Assembly (NCBI GenBank): GCA_024405635.1
Contig: JAKSOL010000002.1
Location: forward strand, 32,001-96,000
Length of the DNA stretch: 64,000 bases
Reading direction: 5' to 3'
Source of the DNA: Salinivirgaceae bacterium
Lineage (GTDB): Bacteria; Bacteroidota; Bacteroidia; Bacteroidales; SZUA-534
The notes under the pieces: model-generated
Database searches by the model: none
What the model was told of the DNA's origin: nothing
Seen by the model: only the letters and a program-made list of their open reading frames with translations
Made by a program: the position numbers and the translations under genes
Shown: positions 7,842 to 18,132 of the stretch, piece by piece
How the letters are laid out: every line of letters starts with the position of its first letter
Numbering within the stretch: position 1 is the stretch's first letter

Positions 7842-10190
7842 CTATTGCACAAAAAATATGCGCTTTACTTGATTTCCCCAAGTGTCGGTTATTGTTAAAA
7901 CATGACGGCCGGGCTCGGTGCTAACAGCCATTTCGTGGTTTGTGTTGGTTTGTCCGATGAAAAAACTATCGATGCTCCAATAAATGGTTTCGTTGGAATT
8001 GGAGTGCGTTGCTCTAAACACAAATTTCCCCTTTTCGCCAGAAAAGCCTTTGGTTTTAACCAAAATAGCTCCGTTTTCGGGATAAACAATTTGCATGGTT
8101 GATTGCATATCGGTGTTGCAGTCGGGATGATAAGGTGGCAGTGCTTTGTAATCGAGATGACATAAACTATAGTAGTGGGCCATTGTTGGAGGCAAGGTAA
8201 ACCACGAAGTGTTAAATATTTCAGAAGCTGGCATACACGATGTGTTAACTCTGTATTTGCAGTCGGGAGTTAGGTGAACAAGGTGGTGGTAAGGGCAAAT
8301 TTCAGTTTCTTTTCCCACCTCTAAAAAAGTAAGGCTGTCAACCTCTTCGCATAACGAAGTGGCAATGTGTCCGCTTTTTCGGCAAACTGGAATAATATCC
8401 ATTTCGGCATAAGGCATTTCAAACCATTCGGAGTGCGGTAGTTTTGAAAAAACCGAAAACATAATGGGAGCGGCAAACCCAACGCCAGTCATTCCAAAGC
8501 GACCTTCGCCATCGGCATTGCCAACCCAAACGCCAACAACATAATTGGGTGTAACTCCAATTGACCAAGCATCTCTTGCTCCGTAGCTTGTGCCAGTTTT
8601 CCACGCTATTTTTTTCATGCTGTTGAAATAGTGCCAGTCGGCCTCCTCTTCAGGTCGGCTCAAATCGGCCATAGCTTCAAAGGTTAGGTAAATGGCTCCA
8701 GCACTAAATGTTGCGTTGTTGGCCCATTGTGGTTTTTTATCTTCAACGGGCTCAAATGTAAGAGGATGTAAGTTGTTAAGGTTGTATTTACGGTCGTGTT
8801 GGTTAAACGTGTTTAGTATTCGGGCCATTGATGCGTATGTTCCGCACAAGTCCCATAGGTTTACTTCGGCACCTCCCAATATGAGCGACGCGCCATAGTG
8901 GTCGGCATCAAAAGGCATGGTGGTTAATCCAATTTTTCGTAAAAACGAAAGGAACCTGCCTACTGAATATTTTTGCAATAAACGCACCATTGGAACATTT
9001 AACGATTGAATAAGTGCGTTTGATGCGGGAACAGCTCCGCAAAAAGTCTTGCTGTAGTTTTGTGGAGTAAATCCGCTAATGTTGGTTGGAATGTCGGGTA
9101 CAAGAGTTGTGGGCAAAATGGCGCCGTCTTGTAACAAAGCCGAATACAGAAAAGGTTTAAGAATGCTACCCGACGAACGTGGAGCAGTAATAACATCAAC
9201 TTGGTTGCCGTGCTTTTCGTCGGCAGGTAGAGTGGTGTTTCCGCAGTAAGCCACCACATTGCCAGTTTTTACCTCGCAAACAATCACAGCAGCGTTGTGT
9301 ATTTGGTTGGTCTTGTACTTTTCAACATAATAGTTTAGCGTGGCTTGTGTGTTTTGTTGCAAGTTGGTTTGCAAAGTTGTGCAAATGTTGCGCCCAGGAG
9401 TTTTTGAATTAACCTTGTCGAGCAGGTGTGGAGCAAAGTTTGGCAACGGTTTAGGCGCAAGCACCAAATTTTCGGATATTGAAAGGTTGTAGGTTTCGTT
9501 GTCAATAATTTTTGCTTGGTTGAGTTTGCTAAGCAAAAAATTTCTTTTTCGTAGCAACTGATCTCTGTTTTTCCCAGGATGCACAAGTGCTGGTGAGTTT
9601 GGCAAAACGGCAAGAGTAGCCGCCTCGGCCCACGAAAGTTGATCGGCGCTTCGGCCAAAATATCGCCACGACGAAGCCGAAATGCCTATTGTGTTTCCAC
9701 CAAAAGGAGCATGCGAAACATACATCGATAGTATTTCGTCTTTGCTATAAGCAAGTTCGATGTATAAGGCACGCCAAGCTTCTTTAATTTTTTGCAACAA
9801 GGTTCGGCGAGTGGTGCCAAACGATAGCCGCGATACTTGCATTGTGATGGTGCTGCCGCCCGACACTACCTTGTGTTGTGTAATGTTTTGTTTTACAGCC
9901 CTTGCCATGGCAAAAATGTCGATGCCAAAGTGCCAGTAAAAGCGTTTGTCTTCGTATTCAATTAAGCACTGTTTTATTTTTTGCGGAACGGTGTCGATTG
10001 GAGGAAAACGCCATTGCTCGTCGCTCGATAGTCGGGCGCCAAGTAAATCGCCCTCAGCCGATGTTAATATGGTTGCATAGTTGTTTGGAAATAGTTTTTT
10101 TGGCGATGTGGCTACCAAAGCTATCACCAAAATTAATATGGCAATTGCAACGGCAGATACTAGCTTAACAATGTTGTTTCTTAACACCAC
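7842..10190 (-). CDS. pbpC: Penicillin-binding protein 1C
   Basis: Transglycosylase EDKRF and GGSTITMQ; transpeptidase SILK, SLN and KTG; PBP1C-type C-terminal domain. Confidence 0.95.
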   Translation of the reverse strand: MVLRNNIVKLVSAVAIAILILVIALVATSPKKLFPNNYATILTSAEGDLLGARLSSDEQWRFPPIDTVPQKIKQCLIEYEDKRFYWHFGIDIFAMARAVKQNITQHKVVSGGSTITMQVSRLSFGTTRRTLLQKIKEAWRALYIELAYSKDEILSMYVSHAPFGGNTIGISASSWRYFGRSADQLSWAEAATLAVLPNSPALVHPGKNRDQLLRKRNFLLSKLNQAKIIDNETYNLSISENLVLAPKPLPNFAPHLLDKVNSKTPGRNICTTLQTNLQQNTQATLNYYVEKYKTNQIHNAAVIVCEVKTGNVVAYCGNTTLPADEKHGNQVDVITAPRSSGSILKPFLYSALLQDGAILPTTLVPDIPTNISGFTPQNYSKTFCGAVPASNALIQSLNVPMVRLLQKYSVGRFLSFLRKIGLTTMPFDADHYGASLILGGAEVNLWDLCGTYASMARILNTFNQHDRKYNLNNLHPLTFEPVEDKKPQWANNATFSAGAIYLTFEAMADLSRPEEEADWHYFNSMKKIAWKTGTSYGARDAWSIGVTPNYVVGVWVGNADGEGRFGMTGVGFAAPIMFSVFSKLPHSEWFEMPYAEMDIIPVCRKSGHIATSLCEEVDSLTFLEVGKETEICPYHHLVHLTPDCKYRVNTSCMPASEIFNTSWFTLPPTMAHYYSLCHLDYKALPPYHPDCNTDMQSTMQIVYPENGAILVKTKGFSGEKGKFVFRATHSNSNETIYWSIDSFFIGQTNTNHEMAVSTEPGRHVLTITDTWGNQVKRIFFVQ

Positions 10191-10216
10191 TCCAATACAT
10201 TTAGTTGATTGTGTGA

Positions 10217-10277
10217 CAAAAGTATATTTTGAAATACAACAAGAAAATTTTTTGCAGCCGCGCTTTTCTTATATTTG
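10217..10277. promoter_or_regulatory. Back-to-back -7 boxes for pbpC and alpha-2-macroglobulin
   Basis: TACTTTTG on minus at 10224-10217 and TATATTTG on plus at 10270-10277. Confidence 0.6.
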
Positions 10278-10298
10278 GCGGCAAAACAATTAATAATC

Positions 10299-13200
10299 AT
10301 GAAACGGCTATTATTCTATTTGGCAGTGGTTGCTGTTTTGGCAGTTTGTGCATCGTGCTCAAAATCAAAAAGCAAAAGCAGCAACGAGGTTTTGTACAAC
10401 CAATATGTTGAGGCGTTTACACCAAACAAAATTTCGAGAAACGAAAACATTATGGTCAAGTTGTCGAAACCAGTTAACGAGGATCTTCAACTGTCGGGTG
10501 GATGGACCCGCTATTTTGTTATTTCTCCGTCAATTAAGGTTAAATACTCGTTGGAAGAAAATGGCACATTGCTAGTAATGTCGCCCGAAAAACCAATAAA
10601 ATCAAATAAGACATATACCGTAACATTGGATCTTAAAAAATTGGTTGGCGCCAAAGCTCCCGAAAACGAGTTTAGCTTTAAGGTTGCGGCCAAAGATTGG
10701 TATGCAAAAGCCAGTTTTAAGGAGCCAAGCATCGATCCTGATAGAGATGACAGTTATCAGTTGCAGTTAACTATTACAACAAACGGTTTTGAAGATGCCG
10801 AGACTGTTGAAAAATGCGGTGAGTTTGACAATGATTTTGCAGCCATAAAATGGACTCACAGCGCCGATGGTAAAACTCACAATGCTGTTATTTATGGCAT
10901 ACCTGCCAAAAAGTATAGCTACGACTTTGTTTATAAATACACTTCCGAAGCAAAAAAGAGTAAAGAAACAATTAGAAAAATTATTCCAGCTGCCGAAAAA
11001 TTCGATGTTTGGCAATGTTCGTTGGTAACCGACAATGGCCGATATATTGAGGTGGCGTTCAACAAAAAACTTGACCCGTCGCAAGATATTAAAGGCCTTG
11101 TGTATATTGTTGGATACGAGTCAACTCCGTATGAAATTGACGTTAACAAAATTAGGTTCTATTACGACCAATCGTTAAAAGGACAGTTGTCGGTTTTTGT
11201 GAGCCAAGAATTGCATAGCCACGACTACAAAAATCTTGAGAGCGACCAAGTTTTTAAAATTGACCTTGGTGGAGATAAACCAGAATTGGCCTTTGTAAAA
11301 ACAGGTTCGTTGGTGCCAATCAGCGACAAAATAATGATACCATTTAAAGCTACATATTACCGTGGTGCAGTGGTGCGCATTATTAAAATTAAGGAGAAAA
11401 ACATTGGGCAATTCTTACAAGTAAACACAATTTCGGGCTCAAACGAACTAAAACGTGTTGGAAGGCTTGTTGCTCGTAAAACTATTTTTTTCGACGACGA
11501 GAATCTAAACCTATCAAATACACACACATACGCGCTAAACCTTAGCGACTTTATTGAACCAGAACCCGGAGCCATTTACAGAGTTGAACTTTCGGTTGAC
11601 AAGAGTTTTTCAACCTATCCAGGCGTAAACGAAAAATTTAGGTCGAAGGAAGAAATTCAGTCAAACGACATGTCAAACGAAGAATATGAAGCTCAAAAGT
11701 ACGACAACGTTGACAATAGCTCATATTACTACTATGACGACGATTATGACTACTACTACAGAAGCTCCGATCCGGCCGACGATTCGTACTATATAAATAG
11801 AAAATACAGCATCAACGTGTTGGCTACCAATTTGGGCATTGTTGTTAAATCGGGTAGAGCATCGTCAATGAAAGTGTTTGTAAGCAATTTGGTTACAACC
11901 GATGCCGAACCAGATGTTGAATTGAAGGCTTACAATTATCAAAACGAAGAAATAGCATCGGCAAAAACCAATTCCGATGGAGTTGCCGATTTAGAATATA
12001 CAAAAAGCCGTCCGTTCCTTATTGTTGCATCAAAAGACAAGCAACGCGCCTACATACGTGTCGATGGCGGTTCGGCATTGTCAACCAGCGATTTTAATGT
12101 TGGTGGCAATGTGCTTCAACGTGGAATAAAGGGCTTTATTTATGGCGAACGCGGTGTTTGGCGACCAGGCGACACCTTGCATTTGTCGTTTATGATGAAC
12201 GACCGACAAGGTTCAACTCCCGATAACTTTCCTGTTACTCTTTCGTTATACACTCCGCTTGGCCAGCAATACGCAATCAAAACTTCAACAACAAGTTGCA
12301 TGGGCCTTTATACATTCAACATTCCAACCGATGTTGAGGCAAGTACTGGTGAGTGGCGAGTGCATGTTCAAGCTGGTGGCGCCGACTTTAGCAAGACTAT
12401 TAGAATTGAAACCGTAAAACCAAATAGATTAAAAATTAAGCTTGATGTTGATAAAATGGTAACCGATAAATCAACAACAAGTATTCATGGCGAATGGCTA
12501 AACGGCAATCCTGTACGTGGTTTAAAGTACGACATTACTCCAACTTTTTCGCGCTATAAAACTCGTTTTGACGATTATGCCGACTATGTGTTTGAGGACA
12601 ATATGAATCAGTTTACATCAGAAACCGTAAACATGGTTGAAGGTAAATTGGACAGTCTTGGCAACGCAAGCATTAAATTGAAATTTGATATATCGAAAAA
12701 AGCGCCTGGCAAATTAAACATGGCCCTTTCAACCAAAATGTACGAGCTATCGGGCGACTTTAGCATAAACGGAATATCAACCATTTACTCGCCATTTAGC
12801 CGTTACATTGGATTAAAGTTGCCCGAACCCGATAACCGATATGGTTGGTATAATACAGGCCAAACTAAACAACAATTTAGCATTGTTGCGGTTGATGCCA
12901 ATGGCAAACCATTGCCCTCGGTTGAGTGTGTTGTTAAAGTTTACAAACTACGCTATTGGTGGTGGTGGGACTCTGCCGATGGCGATGTGGCTGAGTATGT
13001 CAACGATAAATATCTTGAACCAGTTGATGAACGAAAAGTAGTAACCGATAGCAAAGGCCTAGCTAATTTTGCGTTTGGCGCAAACGACGATAATTGGGGA
13101 TCGTACTACATTAAGGTTACTGATGTAAAAGGTGGTCACTCAACCGGAAACAGAGTTTATTTTGATTGGCCAATGGGTAACCCACGTCAACTTGGAAACG

Positions 13201-15818
13201 GATCGTCGGCTACAGTTTTGCCAATGTCGGTTGACAAAGATAAATACGCTCCTGGCGAATTGGCAATGTTGTCGTTTAATGCCGAAGTGGGCTCAACTGC
13301 TATTTTGAGCATCGAAAATGGAACAAAAGTGCTATCGGCTCGCCGTTATAAAATAACCGAAGAGAATGCAACAATTCCAGTTGAAGTAACCTCTGAAATG
13401 GCTCCAAACGTGTATTTGCATGTAACTCTTATTCAGCAATACGAAAAAACCAAAAACGATTTGCCAATAAGGTTGTATGGCATTATTCCTTTAACTGTTG
13501 ACGACCCTGCAAGCCATTTGCATCCAGTTATTTCAATGAAAGATGAAATACGATCTGAAGAGTGGTATCAAATTGATGTTAAGGAAGAAAATGGTCGTCC
13601 AATGGCATATTCGCTTGCTGTGGTTGACGAAGGTTTGCTTGACTTAACAAACTTTAAAACTCCCGAACCTTGGAAAGCCTTTAATGGCAAGGAGGCGCTT
13701 GGCGTTAAAACATGGGACGTGTATAACAACGTGCTTGGCGCTTATGGCGGAAAAATTGATCAGCTATTTTCAATTGGTGGCGACGACGCTGAAGGCTTAG
13801 GCAAGGGTAAGGGCCTGGTTAATAGGTTCCGTCCTGTTGTTGAGTTTATTGGCCCAATTTCGCTCAACAAAAATTCAACTAACACACATAAGTTCTACAT
13901 GCCTAACTACACAGGTAAGGTTAAAGTGATGGTTATTGCAACCGATGGTAAAGCCTTTGGAAACACCGACAAGGGTGTGGCAGTAAAGAAACCATTGCTA
14001 GTTCTTGGCACTTTGCCTCGCCTAATTGGTTGCAACGAAGATGTGATTGTTCCTGCAACTGTATTTGCTACAAAACCAGGAATGGGAAATGTTAAGGTTT
14101 TGATTGAAGTGTCAGATGGTATGGAAATTATTGGCGACAAGCAAAAAACCGTATATCTTGATGCTATTGGCGATAAAACAACCAACTTCCACATAAAAGC
14201 AAAGGGCAAGGCCATGAAGGGAGTTGTGCGAATTGTTTGCGAAGCCAAAGGTGAATCGGCATCGTATGGAACCGAAATTGATATCCAAAACCGCGATTTG
14301 GAATTTAGCAAGGTTGATGGTTTTGTAATAAAACCAGGCGAGAGCATTGATGTAACACCTGAGGCTTTTGGAATTTTAGGCACTAATGGTCTTGATGTTG
14401 AGGCCACAACTGCCTTGCCAATGAATTTGAACGAACGATTGAAAATGCTAATTGGCTACCCTCACGGATGTATTGAGCAAACCACATCAAAAGTTTTTGC
14501 TCAACTATTATTGTCAGACGTGTGCAAATTGTCAAAAACAAAAGCGATTGATGTTCAGGTTAATGTTCAAGCTGGGTTAAACAAATACCGTTCATTTATG
14601 ACAGCCGAAGGTGGCCTTGCATACTGGTCTGGCGGTACTAAACCAAACAAATGGGGTAGCATTTATGCCATGCATTGCCTAACCATAGCCGAAGAACAAG
14701 GATATCGCTTGCCCGATGGAATGAAAACATCGTTGCTTAATTATTTGAAAAGAGTGGCAAGTGATAGATATTCAAGTAAATACGGCTATTACTCAAACGA
14801 AACAACTTTGGCATATTGCCTATATGTACTTGCGCTTAACCATCAAGCCGACTTGGGTACAATGAACTGGCTGAAGGAGAAAGACAATGTTAATGGCAAC
14901 GCAAAATACTTGCTGGCAGGTGCTTACGCATTGGCCGGCCGTACCGATATCGCAAAATCGTTGTTGTCATACATTAAAACGCCACAAGTTAGCCCAAGCG
15001 ACGATATGACTTTTGGAAGCGAAGAACGCGACAAAGCCTTGGCTGCTGTGGTTCTTACCGATATGAGTGAACTTGAAGATGCTATGCCTTATCTTGAGGC
15101 AATTTCCGAACGCTTGTCTTCCAACGAATGGATGAGTACACAATCAACTGCATTCTGCTTGTTTGCAATGTCGCATTTCTATAAAAAAGCCGGTAAACCT
15201 GAGCCTATTAACTTTAAATACAAATACAATGGCAAGGGCGAAACCATTAAAGATGGAGAGACTATTACATGGACAACCAAACTGGCTGAAAATGTTGATA
15301 GCTTTAAAAAACTTGAAATAACAAATCAAGGAAATAGCTCTTTGTTTGTTAAGATTAGACAGTCGGGTATTCCAACTCGTAGCGAGATTGCTGAAAATCA
15401 CAACAATATTACCGTATCTGTGCAATATATGATGAACAACAATTTTGCTGACTATAAGAATTTGCCACAAGGCACAAACTTTATAGCAAATGTAACCGTT
15501 CATAATATCTCAAACTACGACATCAAGAATATCGCCATTGAGCAGTATATACCTTCGGGTTGGGAAATACTTAACGATAGATTTATCAATGGTTTTGAAG
15601 AAGCTAACAACACATTGTCGTATCAAGATATTCGCGACGATAGGGTATTTAGTTACATCGATTTGCTGAAAGAAAAGGCAACTGTAATTTTCCAAATAAA
15701 GTTGTGCGCAACATATCCAGGAACTTTCTATTTACCACCAATTAAGGCTTATGCTATGTACGACAACAAGTCGCAAGCTAATACCAGATCGTTCTATGTA
15801 ATTGTTTCAGAAAAGTAA
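10299..15818 (+). CDS. Bacterial alpha-2-macroglobulin lipoprotein (YfhM-like)
   Basis: Lipobox VCASC; ERGVWRPGD, LAVVDEG, thioester YPHGCIEQ and DIRDDR motifs; about 1840 aa. Confidence 0.95.
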   Translation: MKRLLFYLAVVAVLAVCASCSKSKSKSSNEVLYNQYVEAFTPNKISRNENIMVKLSKPVNEDLQLSGGWTRYFVISPSIKVKYSLEENGTLLVMSPEKPIKSNKTYTVTLDLKKLVGAKAPENEFSFKVAAKDWYAKASFKEPSIDPDRDDSYQLQLTITTNGFEDAETVEKCGEFDNDFAAIKWTHSADGKTHNAVIYGIPAKKYSYDFVYKYTSEAKKSKETIRKIIPAAEKFDVWQCSLVTDNGRYIEVAFNKKLDPSQDIKGLVYIVGYESTPYEIDVNKIRFYYDQSLKGQLSVFVSQELHSHDYKNLESDQVFKIDLGGDKPELAFVKTGSLVPISDKIMIPFKATYYRGAVVRIIKIKEKNIGQFLQVNTISGSNELKRVGRLVARKTIFFDDENLNLSNTHTYALNLSDFIEPEPGAIYRVELSVDKSFSTYPGVNEKFRSKEEIQSNDMSNEEYEAQKYDNVDNSSYYYYDDDYDYYYRSSDPADDSYYINRKYSINVLATNLGIVVKSGRASSMKVFVSNLVTTDAEPDVELKAYNYQNEEIASAKTNSDGVADLEYTKSRPFLIVASKDKQRAYIRVDGGSALSTSDFNVGGNVLQRGIKGFIYGERGVWRPGDTLHLSFMMNDRQGSTPDNFPVTLSLYTPLGQQYAIKTSTTSCMGLYTFNIPTDVEASTGEWRVHVQAGGADFSKTIRIETVKPNRLKIKLDVDKMVTDKSTTSIHGEWLNGNPVRGLKYDITPTFSRYKTRFDDYADYVFEDNMNQFTSETVNMVEGKLDSLGNASIKLKFDISKKAPGKLNMALSTKMYELSGDFSINGISTIYSPFSRYIGLKLPEPDNRYGWYNTGQTKQQFSIVAVDANGKPLPSVECVVKVYKLRYWWWWDSADGDVAEYVNDKYLEPVDERKVVTDSKGLANFAFGANDDNWGSYYIKVTDVKGGHSTGNRVYFDWPMGNPRQLGNGSSATVLPMSVDKDKYAPGELAMLSFNAEVGSTAILSIENGTKVLSARRYKITEENATIPVEVTSEMAPNVYLHVTLIQQYEKTKNDLPIRLYGIIPLTVDDPASHLHPVISMKDEIRSEEWYQIDVKEENGRPMAYSLAVVDEGLLDLTNFKTPEPWKAFNGKEALGVKTWDVYNNVLGAYGGKIDQLFSIGGDDAEGLGKGKGLVNRFRPVVEFIGPISLNKNSTNTHKFYMPNYTGKVKVMVIATDGKAFGNTDKGVAVKKPLLVLGTLPRLIGCNEDVIVPATVFATKPGMGNVKVLIEVSDGMEIIGDKQKTVYLDAIGDKTTNFHIKAKGKAMKGVVRIVCEAKGESASYGTEIDIQNRDLEFSKVDGFVIKPGESIDVTPEAFGILGTNGLDVEATTALPMNLNERLKMLIGYPHGCIEQTTSKVFAQLLLSDVCKLSKTKAIDVQVNVQAGLNKYRSFMTAEGGLAYWSGGTKPNKWGSIYAMHCLTIAEEQGYRLPDGMKTSLLNYLKRVASDRYSSKYGYYSNETTLAYCLYVLALNHQADLGTMNWLKEKDNVNGNAKYLLAGAYALAGRTDIAKSLLSYIKTPQVSPSDDMTFGSEERDKALAAVVLTDMSELEDAMPYLEAISERLSSNEWMSTQSTAFCLFAMSHFYKKAGKPEPINFKYKYNGKGETIKDGETITWTTKLAENVDSFKKLEITNQGNSSLFVKIRQSGIPTRSEIAENHNNITVSVQYMMNNNFADYKNLPQGTNFIANVTVHNISNYDIKNIAIEQYIPSGWEILNDRFINGFEEANNTLSYQDIRDDRVFSYIDLLKEKATVIFQIKLCATYPGTFYLPPIKAYAMYDNKSQANTRSFYVIVSEK

Positions 15819-15863
15819 AGTTTGGTAATAATTAAGTAGCTTTTCTTAATACTTAAAAAGTTG

Positions 15864-15908
15864 GCGCTCTTAACAAATTGATATTTAGTTTGTTAAGAGC
15901 GCTTTTTT
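15864..15908 (+). terminator. Intrinsic terminator after alpha-2-macroglobulin
   Basis: 14-bp stem GCGCTCTTAACAAA/TTTGTTAAGAGCGC plus T6. Confidence 0.8.
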
Positions 15909-15978
15909 ATGCCCATGGCCGTTTGCCTTTTTCTTGTATCCAAGTGCTTAAATCTCACCGTTTTTTGGAGTAAAAAAT

Positions 15979-15986
15979 TACCTTTG
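15979..15986 (+). promoter_or_regulatory. -7 box for the M13 peptidase gene
   Basis: TACCTTTG, 37 nt before the ATG. Confidence 0.6.
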
Positions 15987-16023
15987 CGAACTTGCTTTAA
16001 AAACAAACAAACAATTACGAAAA

Positions 16024-18054
16024 ATGAAAAAAATAGCACTGTTTGCCGCCGTAATGTTACTCCTATCGTCATGCGCCGACAAGGCACCACAACTACCTTC
16101 AGGTATTAGTTTTGCCGATATGGACACTACATTTAGTCCTGTAAACGATTTTTATCAATACTCATGCGGTGGATGGCAAAAAGCACACCCTTTAACACCC
16201 GAATATTCAAGTTACAATCAGTTTTCGGTTGTTTTTGATAACAATGCAGTTCGTCTTAACGAATTGTTTTCAGAAATGGCAAAAACCGAACACCAATTTG
16301 GCTCAAACGAGCAAAAAGTTGGCGATTTGTTTCGCATAGCAATGGATAGCGTCCATGCTGAAAAGGTTGGTGTTCAGCCAATTGTTGACGATTTTAAAGT
16401 TTTTACAGAGTTAAAATCGTTCGATAGATTTTCAATTGCACTTGCACGTCAAATGGCATACGGTCAATTCTCGTTCTTTGTGCTTTATGCCGATGCTAAT
16501 CCTAAAAACAGCAAAGAGTGCATTTTGTGGACATCGCAATATGGTTTGGGAATGGGAGACCGCGATTATTATCTAAACTCAGATTTTGCAGACCTTCAGC
16601 AAGCTTATGTTCAAATGATGGAAAAAGCTTTGAAAATTGTTAAATACGACAAGTTAGCTAAGGTTGATGCTGCAAAAATGGCTCAAGGAGTTTATGAACT
16701 TGAAACACGTTTGGCCAATGCCTTTATGAGCAAAACCGACCGACAAAATCCTCACAAAACAACCAATATGATGACCGTCGCCGAGTGGAATTCGCTCATA
16801 CCGTCGGTTAACTTGACTACTATTTTGGAAATGTTTGGATTGGAAAAAATAGACTCGCTTAATGTTTGTCAGCCAGATTATTTCCGCGCTTTGGATTCTA
16901 TTTTAACCACTACAAATCTTGAAGTACTTAAGGCCTATATGGCTTTGAATATAACTCGTAACGCATCCGATTACCTAACCAAAGAATTGTCAGATACTTA
17001 CTTCGATTTTTACGGTAGCAAATTGCGTGGAACTCCAAAAATGCAACCACGTTGGAAACGTATGACCGAAGAGGTTAGCGATGTGCTTGGCGATGCGGTT
17101 GGTCAATTGTATGTTGAGCGTTATTTCCCTCCAGAGGCCAAGGAGCGTATGCTTGAATTAATTGAAAATTTGCAAGATGCACTAAATGCTCGTATCAAAT
17201 CAAACACTTGGATGAGCAGAGCAACAAAGAAAAATGCTTGCGAAAAACTTGCTTCTATTCGAATTAAAGTTGGCTACCCAAACAAATGGCGCGACTATTC
17301 GGCTTTGCGCATCGAAAACGATAACCTTTATCTAAATATGCGTCGTCATTTTCAGTTTGATGTGATGCAAGATTTGTATAAAGTTGGTAAACCTACCGAC
17401 CCTGACGAATGGCTTATGACTCCGCAAACTGTTAACGCTTATTACAACCCATCAACCAACGAAATATGTTTCCCTGCTGCAATTTTGCAACCGCCGTTCT
17501 TTAACTATGAGGCCGACGATGCTGTGAATTATGGCGGTATTGGTGTTGTAATTGGTCACGAAATGACTCACGGATTTGATAACCAAGGCCGAAATTTCGA
17601 CAAAGACGGAAACTTGAATAATTGGTGGACTGAGGCCGATGGCGAAAATTTTGAGCAACGTGCCGAGTCGCTTGTAAAATACTTTAACAACATTGTGGTA
17701 CTCGATACAATGCATGCCGATGGTCAGTTTACCTTGGGCGAGAATATTGCCGATAATGGTGGTTTGAACGTGTCGTTTGCTGCAATGAAAAAAGCCCAAC
17801 GCAAAGGTAAAATTCAAAAAACTGTTGATGGCTTTACTGCCGAGCAACGTTTCTTCTTATCGTATGGTTTAATTTGGGCCAACAACATCCGGCCTGAAGA
17901 AATAGTGAATCGTACACAAACCGATGAGCACTCACTTGCTCGTTGGCGCGTTAACGGCGCTTTGCCTCACATTGATGCGTTTTATGATGCATTTGATGTT
18001 AAAAAAGGCGACACCTTGTATTTGGATCCAAAAGAGCGTGTTAGAATTTGGTAG
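16024..18054 (+). CDS. pepO: M13 family metallopeptidase lipoprotein (PepO-like)
   Basis: Lipobox LLSSC; DFYQYSCGGW, VNAYY, GHEMTHGFD and ENIADNGG motifs. Confidence 0.93.
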   Translation: MKKIALFAAVMLLLSSCADKAPQLPSGISFADMDTTFSPVNDFYQYSCGGWQKAHPLTPEYSSYNQFSVVFDNNAVRLNELFSEMAKTEHQFGSNEQKVGDLFRIAMDSVHAEKVGVQPIVDDFKVFTELKSFDRFSIALARQMAYGQFSFFVLYADANPKNSKECILWTSQYGLGMGDRDYYLNSDFADLQQAYVQMMEKALKIVKYDKLAKVDAAKMAQGVYELETRLANAFMSKTDRQNPHKTTNMMTVAEWNSLIPSVNLTTILEMFGLEKIDSLNVCQPDYFRALDSILTTTNLEVLKAYMALNITRNASDYLTKELSDTYFDFYGSKLRGTPKMQPRWKRMTEEVSDVLGDAVGQLYVERYFPPEAKERMLELIENLQDALNARIKSNTWMSRATKKNACEKLASIRIKVGYPNKWRDYSALRIENDNLYLNMRRHFQFDVMQDLYKVGKPTDPDEWLMTPQTVNAYYNPSTNEICFPAAILQPPFFNYEADDAVNYGGIGVVIGHEMTHGFDNQGRNFDKDGNLNNWWTEADGENFEQRAESLVKYFNNIVVLDTMHADGQFTLGENIADNGGLNVSFAAMKKAQRKGKIQKTVDGFTAEQRFFLSYGLIWANNIRPEEIVNRTQTDEHSLARWRVNGALPHIDAFYDAFDVKKGDTLYLDPKERVRIW

Positions 18055-18080
18055 TTCAATTTGCTAATGCTTGAAATACA

Positions 18081-18122
18081 GCAAACGCCTTGTTCTTGTT
18101 AGGACAGGGCGTTTGTTTTTTT
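18081..18122 (+). terminator. Intrinsic terminator after pepO
   Basis: CAAACGCC...GGCGTTTG stem plus T7. Confidence 0.8.
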
Positions 18123-18132
18123 ACTAAGAATA

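Noticed and set aside
10165-10200. Out-of-frame 11-codon ORF overlapping the pbpC GTG start
   Set aside because: Short ORFs like this are common by chance, and pbpC keeps an intact N-terminal anchor.
11690-11795. Tyr/Asp-rich low-complexity tract (TACTAC/GACGAC) in alpha-2-macroglobulin
   Set aside because: In-frame coding low complexity, similar to inserts I recall in other Bacteroidota A2Ms; not a phase-variable tract.
15871-15883. IHF consensus match TAACAAATTGATA
   Set aside because: It lies inside a terminator hairpin, with no recombinase or att site nearby.
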